From Candidatus Sericytochromatia bacterium (lineage in GTDB: Bacteria > Cyanobacteriota > Sericytochromatia > S15B-MN24 > JAQBPE01): DNA of 64,000 nt. Of this stretch, positions 38,101 through 47,793 are shown in pieces. The notes under the pieces are model-generated. The model saw only the letters and a program-made list of their open reading frames with translations, was not told where the DNA came from and ran no database searches. The stretch lies in the NCBI GenBank assembly GCA_040400605.1, contig JBBAPZ010000004.1:80821-144820 (forward strand), in the 5' to 3' direction. Every line of letters starts with the position of its first letter. Positions within the stretch are counted from its first letter, which is position 1. The position numbers and the translations under genes are program-made.

Positions 38101-38884
38101 GAAAACGCTCGTGAGGCTCTTTTGCAAGTAAGCGAAGAACCACGCTCTCCAATTCAAAGCTCAGATTGGGGCACGACAATGAGGGCTTGGGTGGTGACTC
38201 CGAAACGTGGGCTTTGATCAACTCACCCGGCGACGAACGTGTGAATGGCAAAGCGCCTGTGAGCATTTCATACACAAGGCAACCCAAGGCATAGAGGTCT
38301 GCTCGTTGGTCGATCACCCCTCGTTTGGCAACCTCCGGCGCAATGTACCCGAAGGTCCCCGCAATCGGCACGTCAGATCGGCCTGCAAAATCCATCAAGC
38401 CGAAATCCATCAGCTTGACTGTTCCAGCCACCGGACCGCGCTCGTCAGGCACAACCTTGACATTCGCGCTCTTGATGTCCCGATGTACCAGCTTCATTTG
38501 ATGCAAATATGCCAATGCGAGCAATAACTGCCCCAAAATGTGACGGACACCCGCTTCTGGGATGACACCCAACTCATCGATACGAGACCCCGGAATCAAT
38601 TCCATCGTATAAAACGGCGATCCATCGGCCAACTGCCCATAATCGAAAACCTGACAGCAGTGAGGATGATGGATTTGACACATCAACCGGAATTCCTGCC
38701 TGAATTTTATAATCGAGGCATCATCGACGCCAAATGTCAGGGAGATCTGTTTGAGGGCTAAAATCCTCCCGTTGGTGGTGTCTTCCACTTGCCAGACGAC
38801 GCCCATCGCGCCTTCACCCAGTTGCTGAAGCACACGATAGCGGTTGGCTAATAAACCGGTTTTGTTTGAAGGCTGCAATGTCAT
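35129..38884 (-). CDS. Ser/Thr protein kinase - AAA/STAND ATPase - TPR multidomain protein
   Basis: GEGAMG, ALK, HRDIKSAN, DFG, APE; VGRELE, APVGMGKS (Walker A), VACEDWH (Walker B), GLPFYI; helical TPR-like C-half; start 38884 or 38902. Confidence 0.88.
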   Translation of the reverse strand: MTLQPSNKTGLLANRYRVLQQLGEGAMGVVWQVEDTTNGRILALKQISLTFGVDDASIIKFRQEFRLMCQIHHPHCCQVFDYGQLADGSPFYTMELIPGSRIDELGVIPEAGVRHILGQLLLALAYLHQMKLVHRDIKSANVKVVPDERGPVAGTVKLMDFGLMDFAGRSDVPIAGTFGYIAPEVAKRGVIDQRADLYALGCLVYEMLTGALPFTRSSPGELIKAHVSESPPKPSLSCPNLSFELESVVLRLLAKEPHERFQNAMEVMDALGMERPSGYGGTLLASPMVGRELELMRLFDGLGNVMCGETGVHFHIIAPVGMGKSRLVNEFRTAMQLENIPFVACQCREANAAPFAPLRELIQNVVPLIHDLSDGFLRGRIAHLATWVPELGLGDGVTMPPGQDKGKLIEAVHALLSLLAQRQPFIVACEDWHLMDPISRDVFESIFAACESLPILWITTARLTRDSDPRPNVPHLHLPLHQLTEAECTKLIRFALGEVSVDERFIAQMLSLSDGLPFYIERLLEHLVQEGLLVRVNGKWNTENCAFATEMPRDVNGLIAKKLVGLNQDAIVLARLASVMGGSLDLELLQKLTTLDENRLFDALGQLQAQRVLILSAQGHYEFAQDLFRQVLYGSFSITERQRTHGVVADLLVQRLRAAGNTASHFDMTCAIADHYILACLPEQIIDYGLAAAKQSVVVFALDVAMHYLDAVRILLHAPQHPKQFERKAECLGETARIQKLKGDILQALGSFKEALTAALSSKNRDAILHSRATLAEVCMELGLFEEAERQCEAMLNLIDASTQRALFARCLLMRCSVKQSQGRMRQAQKDVEEALDIARTLDDQAMLAESLTLSGHLCVTTIPRNIDKGIAEMTEAVQLLKKLGHHQALMTTQNFLGFACYRSGAYPEALASFEQSLFLSEQLHQGEESLTSMLNQSLALLELGRIKDSLALANQAQGMAARSGIELLQGLAASFAALGMAWLGLLPEAEAASKIAKTVQTTCADQFILALLMEFRMDYLNVVGQYEEAHRLGLSLLMHLKETGNIEPESHVRVLLAVAAARIGEFDEARLSLNRALEDQGAGHIRLKALAAGLWSQVRLGHLDAAWDDLGVALDLAQQGGADRTLAELYGLKGEIELKLGRKNAYETFDQMLSLAKRMSIPAFVTQALFGLAASKPYDERAAKLVLEAQNQSRAMLNGLEPAIATAWCAPLERARVLEGNHIEFSLPRTEKKPSSTGRLRGIGFSSGSW

Positions 38885-38915
38885 TAAAAGCCTTATACCC
38901 ATCCCGATGACGAAC

Positions 38916-38958
38916 CGTATGGGGGGGATTTTACGAACGTAAAATCCCCCCCCATACG
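38916..38958. repeat. Near-perfect 43-bp palindrome with G7/C8 tracts
   Basis: CGTATGGGGGGGATTTTACG-AA-CGTAAAATCCCCCCCCATACG. Confidence 0.9.
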
Positions 38959-38980
38959 AACCAGGAGAATCACGAGACAC

Positions 38981-39526
38981 TCAGGAGCGTGTACCGAAAA
39001 TACGATGGGTCGCCAAAACCACCGCCGCCAAACGTGCCAGGTCATGAAGCTTCTCAGTACCCAAACCGGCTTCGCGCAGTACACGTTCATGATTAGTGAT
39101 ACACATCTGACACCCATTCAATACCGATACGCTGAAGGCAACCATTTCAAACTGAACCTTGCCCAACTGAGGTTTGCCAAGTGCCGTCATGCGCAAGCCT
39201 GCAGCACCATAGTCGTCATTGTCGACCTTTTGCCGAAACGAGTAATAAGTATTGAGCATTGCCATCAGCGCAGCGGATTCACGCGCCTCAACAATTTCAC
39301 TATCTGAATAGCCCGCCTGCCCCATCCATGCGCAACCCAATTCAAGCAAGCGCTCACAGTTGAGGGACTGCGCCAATGATACAAGTACCGGTGCCGCTTC
39401 TCGAGCACTGAGGTTGCCTTCCGACAACAACCGCCGCAGGTTCATTTTCGTATCACGCCCCACGGTGCTCGCAAAAGGAGCGAAAAGCGCGTCGAGCGAT
39501 TCAGCGATTCCGATTGTCGCTTCCAT
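38981..39526 (-). CDS. ahpD: Alkyl hydroperoxide reductase AhpD
   Basis: D.KMNL, AALMAMLNTYY, GLRM, AFSVSVLNGCQMCITNH (CxxC...H). Confidence 0.9.
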   Translation of the reverse strand: MEATIGIAESLDALFAPFASTVGRDTKMNLRRLLSEGNLSAREAAPVLVSLAQSLNCERLLELGCAWMGQAGYSDSEIVEARESAALMAMLNTYYSFRQKVDNDDYGAAGLRMTALGKPQLGKVQFEMVAFSVSVLNGCQMCITNHERVLREAGLGTEKLHDLARLAAVVLATHRIFGTRS

Positions 39527-39544
39527 ATCATTCCTCCCATATCG

Positions 39545-39586
39545 ACGAAAAGGAAGGCCGAAGGCGATCCGGCGATCGCCTTCGGC
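39545..39586 (-). terminator. Intercistronic hairpin between ahpC and ahpD
   Basis: GCCGAAGGCGATC/GATCGCCTTCGGC 13-bp stem (39557-39586), followed on the minus strand by CTTCCTTTT. Confidence 0.65.
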
Positions 39587-39593
39587 TTCGGCT

Positions 39594-40139
39594 TTAAACA
39601 GTCAGAACAGCATCACCCTTTTGCCAGTTGCAAGGACACAACTCGTCGGTCTGCAAAGCATCCAACACCCGCACGACTTCCTTGACATTCCGTCCAACCT
39701 TCAGATCATTCACAGACACCCAACGGATGATGCCATCCGGATCCACAATGTAGGTGGCGCGCAAAGGTGCCTTTTCCACCTCGTGCAGGATCCCCAACGC
39801 CTCCGATAGTTCCTTGCGATTGTCAGCCAACATCGGGTAACGCAAATCACGCAAGTCCGAATGGTCCTTCCGCCACGCCAAATGCACAAAATGGCTGTCC
39901 GTGCTCACACCATACAACCCGGCATCCCGCTCCTCAAACTGTGGCAACGCCGCATTGAACTCTGCGATTTCGGTGGGACATACAAAGGTGAAGTCAAACG
40001 GCCAGAAAAACAGCACATTCCACTTGCCCGCCAATTTGCCTGAATCAATTGCCGCAAACTCTTTTCCTTTTTCAATCGACACACAAGCCTGTAAATTGAA
40101 CTCCGGAAACTTTTCGCCGACACCAAGCATTCTAGCCAT
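39594..40139 (-). CDS. ahpC: Peroxiredoxin AhpC
   Basis: FWPFDFTFVCPTE, DELCPCNW; RBS AAGGAG. Confidence 0.95.
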   Translation of the reverse strand: MARMLGVGEKFPEFNLQACVSIEKGKEFAAIDSGKLAGKWNVLFFWPFDFTFVCPTEIAEFNAALPQFEERDAGLYGVSTDSHFVHLAWRKDHSDLRDLRYPMLADNRKELSEALGILHEVEKAPLRATYIVDPDGIIRWVSVNDLKVGRNVKEVVRVLDALQTDELCPCNWQKGDAVLTV

Positions 40140-40207
40140 AATTGCCACGACTCCTTTCAAACGCCATACCAGGTCCTCTTAAACACGCTCATGTCAAGAT
40201 GCCCAGA

Positions 40208-40226
40208 ATTTAGACTGATTCTAAAT
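40208..40226. promoter_or_regulatory. PerR/Fur-family operator upstream of ahpC
   Basis: ATTTAGA-CTGAT-TCTAAAT dyad; minus strand TTAGAATCAGTCTAA matches TTANAATNATTNTAA at all but one position. Confidence 0.7.
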
Positions 40227-40281
40227 CTATACTATTTTAAAATCAAGTCGACTGTTTGAAAATTTTGCGTTGGGGGTTGTG

Positions 40282-41643
40282 TTATTGGATGTGGCGGTGC
40301 CAGTCCTCTTCGGGGAACGGTTGAGGTTTTGACGTATTGATTGGCAAGGTGAAAAAGAAGTTGCTTCCAACCCCGGGTAGGCTTTCGACACCGATTTCGC
40401 CGCCGTGTGCATCGACCAGGGCCTTGGCGATTGAGAGGCCCAAACCTGCGCCGCCTTTTTCACGTGTCGTGCTGGGGTCCACCTGATAAAATTTGTCAAA
40501 CAGGCGATCCAGATGACTTTGTGGAATGCCGATGCCGTTGTCACAAATTGAAACACGGACGTTATCGCCTTCACACTCATGCACGATATTGACCTGTCCT
40601 CCTTCCTGGGTAAATTTGATGGCATTACCCAACAAGTTTGTCACCACTTGATTGATACGTTGAGGGTCGACGTAAACCGGGCAGTGTTCATTCGGGAGGA
40701 AAAGACCCAGTTCGATGCGTTTGGCGGTTGCCAGCGGTCGCAAACTGCTAACCACTTCGGCGATTGTATCGCTTATATCCACTTCGCGCGGCATCAACCG
40801 GAATGTCCCGGCTTCTAGACGCGCATAGTCCAGCAGATCATCCACCAGGCGTACCAAACGCCGCGCCCCGGCCTGAATCTCACCAACAAACGCATGTTGT
40901 TGTGAATTCAAGGCGCCTGCCAGCTCGTCTTCCAAAAACTCGGAATAACCCAGTACCGAGCTCAGTGGTGTTCGAAGCTCGTGAGAGACCAAATTCAAAA
41001 AGCTGCCCTTGATGCGATCCAACGCCTGCAATTGGCGATTCGCCTCTTCCAGCTCAAGCCAGCGCCTCGTCAACTCCGTTTCGCTTAACTTGTGAGCGGT
41101 CACATCACTGATGATTGCCATGTAGTGGGTAACCGTCTGGTCATCATCCCGCAATGGCGACAACCGGGCTTCTTGCCAATAAGTACGAGCCCCCTGCAAC
41201 TCAACTTTAAATTCCGCGTTAACCGAGCGCTGTTCCGACAATGCACATTGCAGTTGGTAGAGCTGCGATTCATCCAGCAGCTTTCTGAAAATTTCAGCGA
41301 AAGGCGCACCCACGACAACGTCTACGTCAAATCCGGTTGTCACGGAAAAAGCCATGTTTGCATAAACGATGGGCTGTCCGTCACTCCGATAGTCGACAAT
41401 GACGATACCGTCGCTGCAAGCATCCATGGCACGCGTCGCCAGATCGAGCCCCACGCTGAGGTCTGTGATCAACCCATCCAACGAAGCCGCACCCCACGCA
41501 GAATTCCCATTCTTGCGTGCATCACGGTGACTTCCGCCAGACACCACACGCCCGTCGCGCGATCGCTTGTCTGACGCCCGCGCCAGCGGCTCTTCAGGCC
41601 CCTGTTTGGTTTCATCCGATGACCCGATCACGATTCGCCCCAC
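40282..41643 (-). CDS. Cytoplasmic PAS-domain sensor histidine kinase
   Basis: SHELRTPL H-box, NLLGNAIKF, DNGIGI, FDKFYQV, GAGLGLSI; N-terminal PAS/PAC; start uncertain. Confidence 0.92.
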   Translation of the reverse strand: MGRIVIGSSDETKQGPEEPLARASDKRSRDGRVVSGGSHRDARKNGNSAWGAASLDGLITDLSVGLDLATRAMDACSDGIVIVDYRSDGQPIVYANMAFSVTTGFDVDVVVGAPFAEIFRKLLDESQLYQLQCALSEQRSVNAEFKVELQGARTYWQEARLSPLRDDDQTVTHYMAIISDVTAHKLSETELTRRWLELEEANRQLQALDRIKGSFLNLVSHELRTPLSSVLGYSEFLEDELAGALNSQQHAFVGEIQAGARRLVRLVDDLLDYARLEAGTFRLMPREVDISDTIAEVVSSLRPLATAKRIELGLFLPNEHCPVYVDPQRINQVVTNLLGNAIKFTQEGGQVNIVHECEGDNVRVSICDNGIGIPQSHLDRLFDKFYQVDPSTTREKGGAGLGLSIAKALVDAHGGEIGVESLPGVGSNFFFTLPINTSKPQPFPEEDWHRHIQ

Positions 41644-41925
41644 TATCTATCGTTTCGACAACGCTGAACCATTCAGAATTCGCACCATCACGGTCACACA
41701 CAACAAAAGAGCCTGGAATAAACAAAAATCGACGGTTTGATTGTAACATAAGTTTACAATTTTCAATGCCATGCGGCGACAGCAATGTCCCAAGCTGACC
41801 GCAAAATGTTACCTTTAAGCTCAGGGCACCGCGCCGAACGCATTCGAAATCGTTTAACCGCCTGCCACGTTCGATTGGGGGATTGATATCCCAAGCGAAG
41901 ACTGGGACACAACGTACAGTGAAGG

Positions 41926-43641
41926 GTGGGCTTGACGGTGGACGCGCAGAGTTTTGATGATTGGACGCTGGCTGAGGGGTTAAAGGAGGCTTTGCGTCGG
42001 GAGGGGTATCATACGGCGACGCCGGTCCAGGCGGCGGCATGGCCTTTAGTGATGGCGGGTCGGGATTTGTTGGTGCAATCACGCACGGGAACTGGCAAAA
42101 CCTTGGCTTTTGGTTTGCCCGTACTGGAACGCGTGCTCCGCGAGTCTCGGTCTGCGCAGACACTGATTGTTTTACCGACACGCGAACTGGCGCTTCAGGT
42201 TGGTGGTGTCCTGCAACGTCTTGGACGGGCCCATGGCATTCGGGTGGCAGTCGTGTATGGCGGTGGGTCTTACCGTGAACAAATTGACGCATTGAACGGG
42301 GGCGCTCAAGTTGTTGTTGGTACGCCAGGGCGGTTATGTGATCTTCAGTCGCGGGGCGTATTGTCGCTGGGACAATGCCAGATTTTGGTTTTGGATGAGG
42401 CGGACGAAATTTTGGATATGGGTTTTGCCGAGGAGTTGGAGCAACTGTTAAATGCATTGCCGACGTCACGACAAACGCTGTTGTTTTCAGCGACTTTGGC
42501 TCCGGAAATCAAGGCACTTGCGCAAAAATCATTAAAGGATCCCGAAGTGATTGAAATCAGTTCGGGGCTTTCAGTGGCGCCCGCGATCGAACATTTGGCT
42601 TACGAAGTATTTCCGGAAACACGTGTTGACGCCTTGGTCAATGTCTTACACTTGACGCAACCGGACTTAGCGATCATCTTTTGCCACACCAAGGAGGAAA
42701 CTGAAAAAATCTGTGACCGGCTTGATGGTGAAGGGTTCCGCAGCGCGTTTCTTAACGGGGATTTGCCCCAAGCTGCGAGAACTCGCACGCTCAACGCATT
42801 TCGACGCAGGCAAATTCAATTGCTGGTGGCAACGGACGTTGCGGCGCGTGGTATTGATGTCAAAGGGATCACTCATGTGTTCAATCTCGGTGTTCCCCGT
42901 CAAGCGGAAGCATACGTTCATCGTGTAGGACGTACGGGACGTGCCGGTGCATCCGGCCAAGCCATCACGTTCGTTCCGCCGCGAGATTTCAGGCGTTTCG
43001 AACGAATGCTGGAAAACGCTGGTCTCAGTCTCAATTTCCGCCAAGTGCCCCAGTCAGGCGACGTTCGTCAACGTTTGCGAGAACGCTACCACGAGACCGT
43101 TACCACCCAGATTCAAGGTGTCGATGACGCTGTCGAAGCGGTTGGGTTACGTGAATTGGCGCAAGAACTGTTGCAATACATACCGGCATTGGATCTCACG
43201 GTCGCATTGATGCAACGCGACCCCGCCATACGGGCGTTGTTGAGTGCCGGCCTCGATTTTCAAGTGCCTCAAAAAACCGTTCAAAAAGTCAGGGCTGCGA
43301 AATCACGCAAGGAAGCCCCTGACGTGACTGAACGGGCACACGTTAACGCCAAGACTGCGTCACATCAAGCGCGGCCACATCGCAAAAATGATCTGGCGAC
43401 TGGTGACGGCACTCGGATCCGTATATTTACTGATACCAAAACCAAGCTTTTGCCCGGGCGTGTCGTGCAGTTGGTCTGTCGCAGTGCAGGCGTGAAGCGC
43501 GAGATGATTGGTTCGATCAAAGTATTGTCTGACGGCGCGGTTTTTGATTACCTTGGAAGTGATGCGACAAGGGTCTTGGCAAGCTTGAATCAATGCGCCA
43601 TAAAAGGTCAACCCCTGCGTGCCGCACTCGCGAAGCGTTGA
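41926..43641 (+). CDS. deaD: DEAD-box RNA helicase with DbpA-type C-terminal domain (DeaD/CsdA-like)
   Basis: TPVQ, RTGTGKT, PTRELA, TPGR, DEAD, SAT, ARGID, HRVGRTGRAG. Confidence 0.9.
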   Translation: MGLTVDAQSFDDWTLAEGLKEALRREGYHTATPVQAAAWPLVMAGRDLLVQSRTGTGKTLAFGLPVLERVLRESRSAQTLIVLPTRELALQVGGVLQRLGRAHGIRVAVVYGGGSYREQIDALNGGAQVVVGTPGRLCDLQSRGVLSLGQCQILVLDEADEILDMGFAEELEQLLNALPTSRQTLLFSATLAPEIKALAQKSLKDPEVIEISSGLSVAPAIEHLAYEVFPETRVDALVNVLHLTQPDLAIIFCHTKEETEKICDRLDGEGFRSAFLNGDLPQAARTRTLNAFRRRQIQLLVATDVAARGIDVKGITHVFNLGVPRQAEAYVHRVGRTGRAGASGQAITFVPPRDFRRFERMLENAGLSLNFRQVPQSGDVRQRLRERYHETVTTQIQGVDDAVEAVGLRELAQELLQYIPALDLTVALMQRDPAIRALLSAGLDFQVPQKTVQKVRAAKSRKEAPDVTERAHVNAKTASHQARPHRKNDLATGDGTRIRIFTDTKTKLLPGRVVQLVCRSAGVKREMIGSIKVLSDGAVFDYLGSDATRVLASLNQCAIKGQPLRAALAKR

Positions 43642-43768
43642 ATCAATAGTCGGCATTCGAACCGGTACTTGCTGAAAGTGTGTGAACCGGGTATAAAGCC
43701 CGTACTCAATCAGAATCGATCATCGGTGTGCGCCATACGGCGCCACCCCATGTGGAGGGAGGCTTTGG

Positions 43769-44404
43769 GTGCAAAATTTGACAAGAGCGGGATTGATTCC
43801 CACAGTTATCGAATCGACAAGTCGTGGAGAGCGCGGCTGGGATATTTTTTCACGCCTCCTGAAGGAGCGCATCATTTTTCTCGGCACGCCAGTCAATGAC
43901 ACGGTCGCATCATTGATTATCGCGCAATTGCTGTTTCTGGAATCTGAAGACCCATCCAAAGACATCATGCTTTATATCAACAGTCCGGGCGGCGTCGTTA
44001 CAGCAGGGATGGCGATTTACGACACCATGCAGTACATCAAACCCGATGTATCAACCATCGTTCTCGGACAGGCCGCGTCCATGGGCGCATTCTTGCTAGC
44101 AGCGGGTGCACCCGGCAAGCGTATTGCGCTGCCAAACGCTCGTATTATGATTCACCAACCCCTGGGTGGTGCGCAGGGCCAAGCGACAGACATCGAAATC
44201 CAGGCCGCTGAGATTCTTCGGATCAAACGCCGTCTCAATGATTTGCTCAGTATTCACACAGGTCAACCGGTGGAGAAAATCACCCGCGATACCGAGCGTG
44301 ACAACTTTATGGGACCCCAGGAAGCCAAGGCTTACGGTTTGGTCGATCAGGTGCTGTCACCCCGCATTGGCCAAGACCAGATTCAAATGCCCTCTTTGGG
44401 GTAA
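43769..44404 (+). CDS. clpP: ATP-dependent Clp protease proteolytic subunit
   Basis: [37 protein letters not shown]. Confidence 0.97.
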   Translation: MQNLTRAGLIPTVIESTSRGERGWDIFSRLLKERIIFLGTPVNDTVASLIIAQLLFLESEDPSKDIMLYINSPGGVVTAGMAIYDTMQYIKPDVSTIVLGQAASMGAFLLAAGAPGKRIALPNARIMIHQPLGGAQGQATDIEIQAAEILRIKRRLNDLLSIHTGQPVEKITRDTERDNFMGPQEAKAYGLVDQVLSPRIGQDQIQMPSLG

Positions 44405-44449
44405 CCCGAGCCACCGCACTTCCCGTCGGTCTCAGCCAAATTAATAGGT

Positions 44450-44482
44450 TCAAGCGGGTCCTTCACGAGTTGGCCCGCTTGA
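44450..44482. terminator. Hairpin between convergent clpP and iscA
   Basis: TCAAGCGGGTC / GGCCCGCTTGA stem. Confidence 0.65.
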
Positions 44483-44490
44483 TTTCGTTG

Positions 44491-44844
44491 TCAGGTACTG
44501 AAACTTTCACCACACCCGCAACTGGTTTTGGCATTTGGATTGTTAAATTTGAAGCCGGCGTTCATCAGGTCATCGCTGTAATCAAGTACCATTCCAGCCA
44601 GATACAATGAGCTTTTCAGATCCACCACGCCCTTGAGTCCAGAACCGAATTCAAGTACACGATCCGTCGGGCTTGGTGCTTCCGTGGTATCCAGCTTGTA
44701 GGACATTCCCGAACATCCCCCGCCCGCCACGGACACGCGTAAATAATGTTCCGGCGTGCCTTTACGCGAAAGCAGGATTTTGACGTGCCGTACGGCGGAT
44801 TCCGTCAACGTGATGAGTGGCTTTGTATTGACTTCAGTTGTCAT
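44491..44844 (-). CDS. iscA: A-type Fe-S carrier (HesB/IscA)
   Basis: GGGCSGMSY, NPNAKTSCGCGESF. Confidence 0.93.
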   Translation of the reverse strand: MTTEVNTKPLITLTESAVRHVKILLSRKGTPEHYLRVSVAGGGCSGMSYKLDTTEAPSPTDRVLEFGSGLKGVVDLKSSLYLAGMVLDYSDDLMNAGFKFNNPNAKTSCGCGESFST

Positions 44845-44875
44845 GACGGCACCTTCCTTTCAACTTCCTAAGACT

Positions 44876-45337
44876 TTAACAGTGACCCGCAACGGATGAA
44901 GTCGCGGTTTCCTCCCCGCGAGGCTCCACATTAAATGATTCTTTAATCACCAAACTGGCGAGGGTTACGCTGTCCAACGCGGACAGGAAATTTTGCTGTG
45001 CCATCTGAAAAGCACTTTTCAGGGCGCATCCGCTTCTGAAACAGGCATAAGGTTCATTGCTGGTGCAAACATTCACGGCCACCTCGCCCTCCATTGCCTC
45101 AATAATTTGCCGTAGGGTGATTGATTCGGGCGATCGCGCGAGCTCGATCCCACCGGTCGGCCCCCGTCGAGCAACCAACAAACCGGCCCGAGCCAACTGG
45201 TTAATGACTTTTGCCAAAAACGATGGGGGGATATGCTGGTCCCGCGCAATATCTGCAGTGTAATGAACGCCGCCCGGCCCGCGCTTGGCCAAATACAACA
45301 TCGCCAAACTTGCGTATTCCGTAGCCCGTGTGATCAT
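44876..45337 (-). CDS. Rrf2-family transcriptional regulator (3 Cys)
   Basis: MITRATEYA, IPPSFLAKV..L..AGL...RRGPTGG..LAR, C-x7-C-x4-C. Confidence 0.92.
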   Translation of the reverse strand: MITRATEYASLAMLYLAKRGPGGVHYTADIARDQHIPPSFLAKVINQLARAGLLVARRGPTGGIELARSPESITLRQIIEAMEGEVAVNVCTSNEPYACFRSGCALKSAFQMAQQNFLSALDSVTLASLVIKESFNVEPRGEETATSSVAGHC

Positions 45338-45447
45338 CGCGGCGCATTCCCTTTTCTACCCGTCACCTGGACCCAGTATAAACGCTGAATGCAGCCTCGT
45401 CTACGGGTTAAATCTTGCTTGAGACACCTCAGATCGGCCAGGCGCCC

Positions 45448-45506
45448 CAAGTGGACAAAAATTGTCCCCTTATAACTTGACTGAATTTGTCAGGTTTGGA
45501 TACACT
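45448..45506 (+). promoter_or_regulatory. suf promoter with two tandem Rrf2/IscR-type operators
   Basis: GGAC-N7-GTCC (45453-45467) and AACTTGAC-N7-GTCAGGTT (45474-45496); TTGACT-N18-TACACT. Confidence 0.7.
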
Positions 45507-45574
45507 GGTTGGGGTGGTGTTTTATTCACGAAATCCTGACGCAATTCGGTTAATTAAATTACGAGAGGTGTATT

Positions 45575-47011
45575 GTGAGTTCCTTGCTGCAGAAGGTCGT
45601 CAATCAACCCTATCAGCACGGCTTCGTGACTGAGATAGAAAGCGATTCGATTCCCAAGGGGTTGGGTGAGGATGTTGTTCGCCTGATTTCGGCTAAAAAG
45701 GGCGAGCCGGAGTGGCTTTTGGAGTTTCGATTAAAGGCTTACAGCCAGTGGTGTGCGATGACGCCGCCTGATTGGGCACTGGTTTCGCACGCACCCATCG
45801 ACTACCAGGACATCGTGTATTATTCCGCACCCAAGCAGAAGAAGAAGTTGAACAGTTTGGATGAGGTAGACCCGGAACTTTTGCGGACTTTCGAGAAACT
45901 GGGGATTCCGCTTTCAGAGCAAAAACAGTTGGCCAACGTTGCGGTGGATGTTGTATTCGATAGCGTGTCGGTCACAACGACATTTAAGGAGAAGTTACGC
46001 GAGGCCGGTGTCATTTTCTGTTCTTTTTCTGAGGCTGTGCAAGAGCATCCGCAGTTGGTCAAGCAATATCTCGGCAAAGTTGTGCCTGCGTCGGACAATT
46101 ATTACGCGGCGTTGAATTCCGCGGTATTCACCGATGGTTCTTTCGTGTTCATTCCGGCGGGGGTAACGTGCCCGATGGAGTTGTCAACTTACTTCAGAAT
46201 CAATAATGAGGAGTCTGGGCAGTTTGAACGCACGTTGATCGTCGCCGAATCGGGCAGTTACGTGAGCTATCTGGAAGGTTGCACGGCCCCGAAGTTTGAT
46301 ACAAACCAACTGCATGCGGCGGTGGTTGAGCTCGTGGCATTGGATCACGCAGAGATCAAGTATTCAACGGTTCAAAACTGGTATGCCGGGGATGAATCCG
46401 GCGTGGGGGGCATTTATAATTTTGTGACCAAGCGGGGGTTGTGCCAAGGAGTTGGCTCCAAGATTTCGTGGACCCAGGTTGAGACGGGGTCAGCGATCAC
46501 CTGGAAATACCCGAGCTGCGTATTATTGGGTGATGATTCCGTTGGTGAGTTTTACTCGGTGGCATTGACGAATCATTATCAACAGGCAGACACGGGTACG
46601 AAGATGATTCACGTGGGGAAAAACACGCGCAGCACCATCATCAGCAAGGGTATTTCGGCTGGGCGGTCCGCCAATACTTACCGCGGTCTTGTGAAGGTTG
46701 GTCCACACGCTTTGGGTGCCCGAAACTATTCGCAATGTGATTCGATGCTGATTGGCTCGCATTGCTCGGCGAATACCGTGCCATATCTTCAGGTGCATCA
46801 CGATACGGCGCAGGTTGAGCATGAGGCCACGACCTCCAAGATAGGCGAGGACCAAATGTTTTATTTCGCCAGTCGAGGCATCGGCGCAGAGGATGCGATC
46901 TCAATGATGATAAATGGTTTCTGCAAGGATGTTTTTACACAATTGCCCATGGAATTCGCCGTGGAAGCGTCAAAGTTGTTGGGGCTCAAGTTAGAGAACA
47001 GTGTGGGTTAA
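45575..47011 (+). CDS. sufB: Fe-S cluster assembly protein SufB
   Basis: [54 protein letters not shown]. Confidence 0.98.
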   Translation: MSSLLQKVVNQPYQHGFVTEIESDSIPKGLGEDVVRLISAKKGEPEWLLEFRLKAYSQWCAMTPPDWALVSHAPIDYQDIVYYSAPKQKKKLNSLDEVDPELLRTFEKLGIPLSEQKQLANVAVDVVFDSVSVTTTFKEKLREAGVIFCSFSEAVQEHPQLVKQYLGKVVPASDNYYAALNSAVFTDGSFVFIPAGVTCPMELSTYFRINNEESGQFERTLIVAESGSYVSYLEGCTAPKFDTNQLHAAVVELVALDHAEIKYSTVQNWYAGDESGVGGIYNFVTKRGLCQGVGSKISWTQVETGSAITWKYPSCVLLGDDSVGEFYSVALTNHYQQADTGTKMIHVGKNTRSTIISKGISAGRSANTYRGLVKVGPHALGARNYSQCDSMLIGSHCSANTVPYLQVHHDTAQVEHEATTSKIGEDQMFYFASRGIGAEDAISMMINGFCKDVFTQLPMEFAVEASKLLGLKLENSVG

Positions 47012-47016
47012 CTTAG

Positions 47017-47793
47017 ATGACACAAGCAACGATACTGGAAGTAACGGATCTGCATGCCAAGGTTGTTGACGTTCCAATTCTTAAGGGTTTGAACTTGACC
47101 GTCCGGTCGGGTGAAGTTCACGTCATCATGGGACCGAATGGTTCTGGTAAAAGTACCTTTTCAAAAATTTTGGCAGGTCATCCCGCCTATGAGGTGACTT
47201 CTGGCACCGTAACTTATCGGGGAGTGGATTTATTAGGGCTTGCTGCCGATGAACGTGCTCGGGCGGGAGTTTTTCTTGCGTTCCAGTACCCGGTTGAGAT
47301 TCCCGGGGTGAGTAATGCGGCATTTTTGAGGCAAGCCTACAACGCGATGGCTCAAGAACGTGGGTGGGATGAGTTGGATCCGATTGAGTTTGATGACTTT
47401 ATTCAGGAAAAATTGCGTCTTGTGGACATGGACCCGGCATTTTTGGACCGGAGCGTCAACGCAGGGTTTTCGGGTGGGGAAAAGAAGCGCAACGAGATTG
47501 TTCAGATGGCGGTATTGCAACCGACGCTCGCACTTCTTGACGAGACGGATTCGGGTTTGGATATTGACGCGTTGAAGGTGGTGGCGGATGGCGTCAACCA
47601 ATTGTCGAATCCGCAACAGGGAACGATTTTGATTACCCATTATCAGCGGTTGCTGAATTATATCAAGCCTGATTTTGTTCACGTGATGGCAGGCGGACGC
47701 ATTTTGAAAACAGGTGATGCCGCATTGGCATTGGAGCTTGAAGAGCGGGGCTATGACTGGGTGAAAGACGAACTCGCAGGGGTTGCGTCATGA
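47017..47793 (+). CDS. sufC: Fe-S cluster assembly ATPase SufC
   Basis: [46 protein letters not shown]. Confidence 0.98.
   Translation: MTQATILEVTDLHAKVVDVPILKGLNLTVRSGEVHVIMGPNGSGKSTFSKILAGHPAYEVTSGTVTYRGVDLLGLAADERARAGVFLAFQYPVEIPGVSNAAFLRQAYNAMAQERGWDELDPIEFDDFIQEKLRLVDMDPAFLDRSVNAGFSGGEKKRNEIVQMAVLQPTLALLDETDSGLDIDALKVVADGVNQLSNPQQGTILITHYQRLLNYIKPDFVHVMAGGRILKTGDAALALELEERGYDWVKDELAGVAS

Noticed and set aside
45575..47011. Intein in SufB
   Set aside because: 478 aa is normal length with continuous motifs
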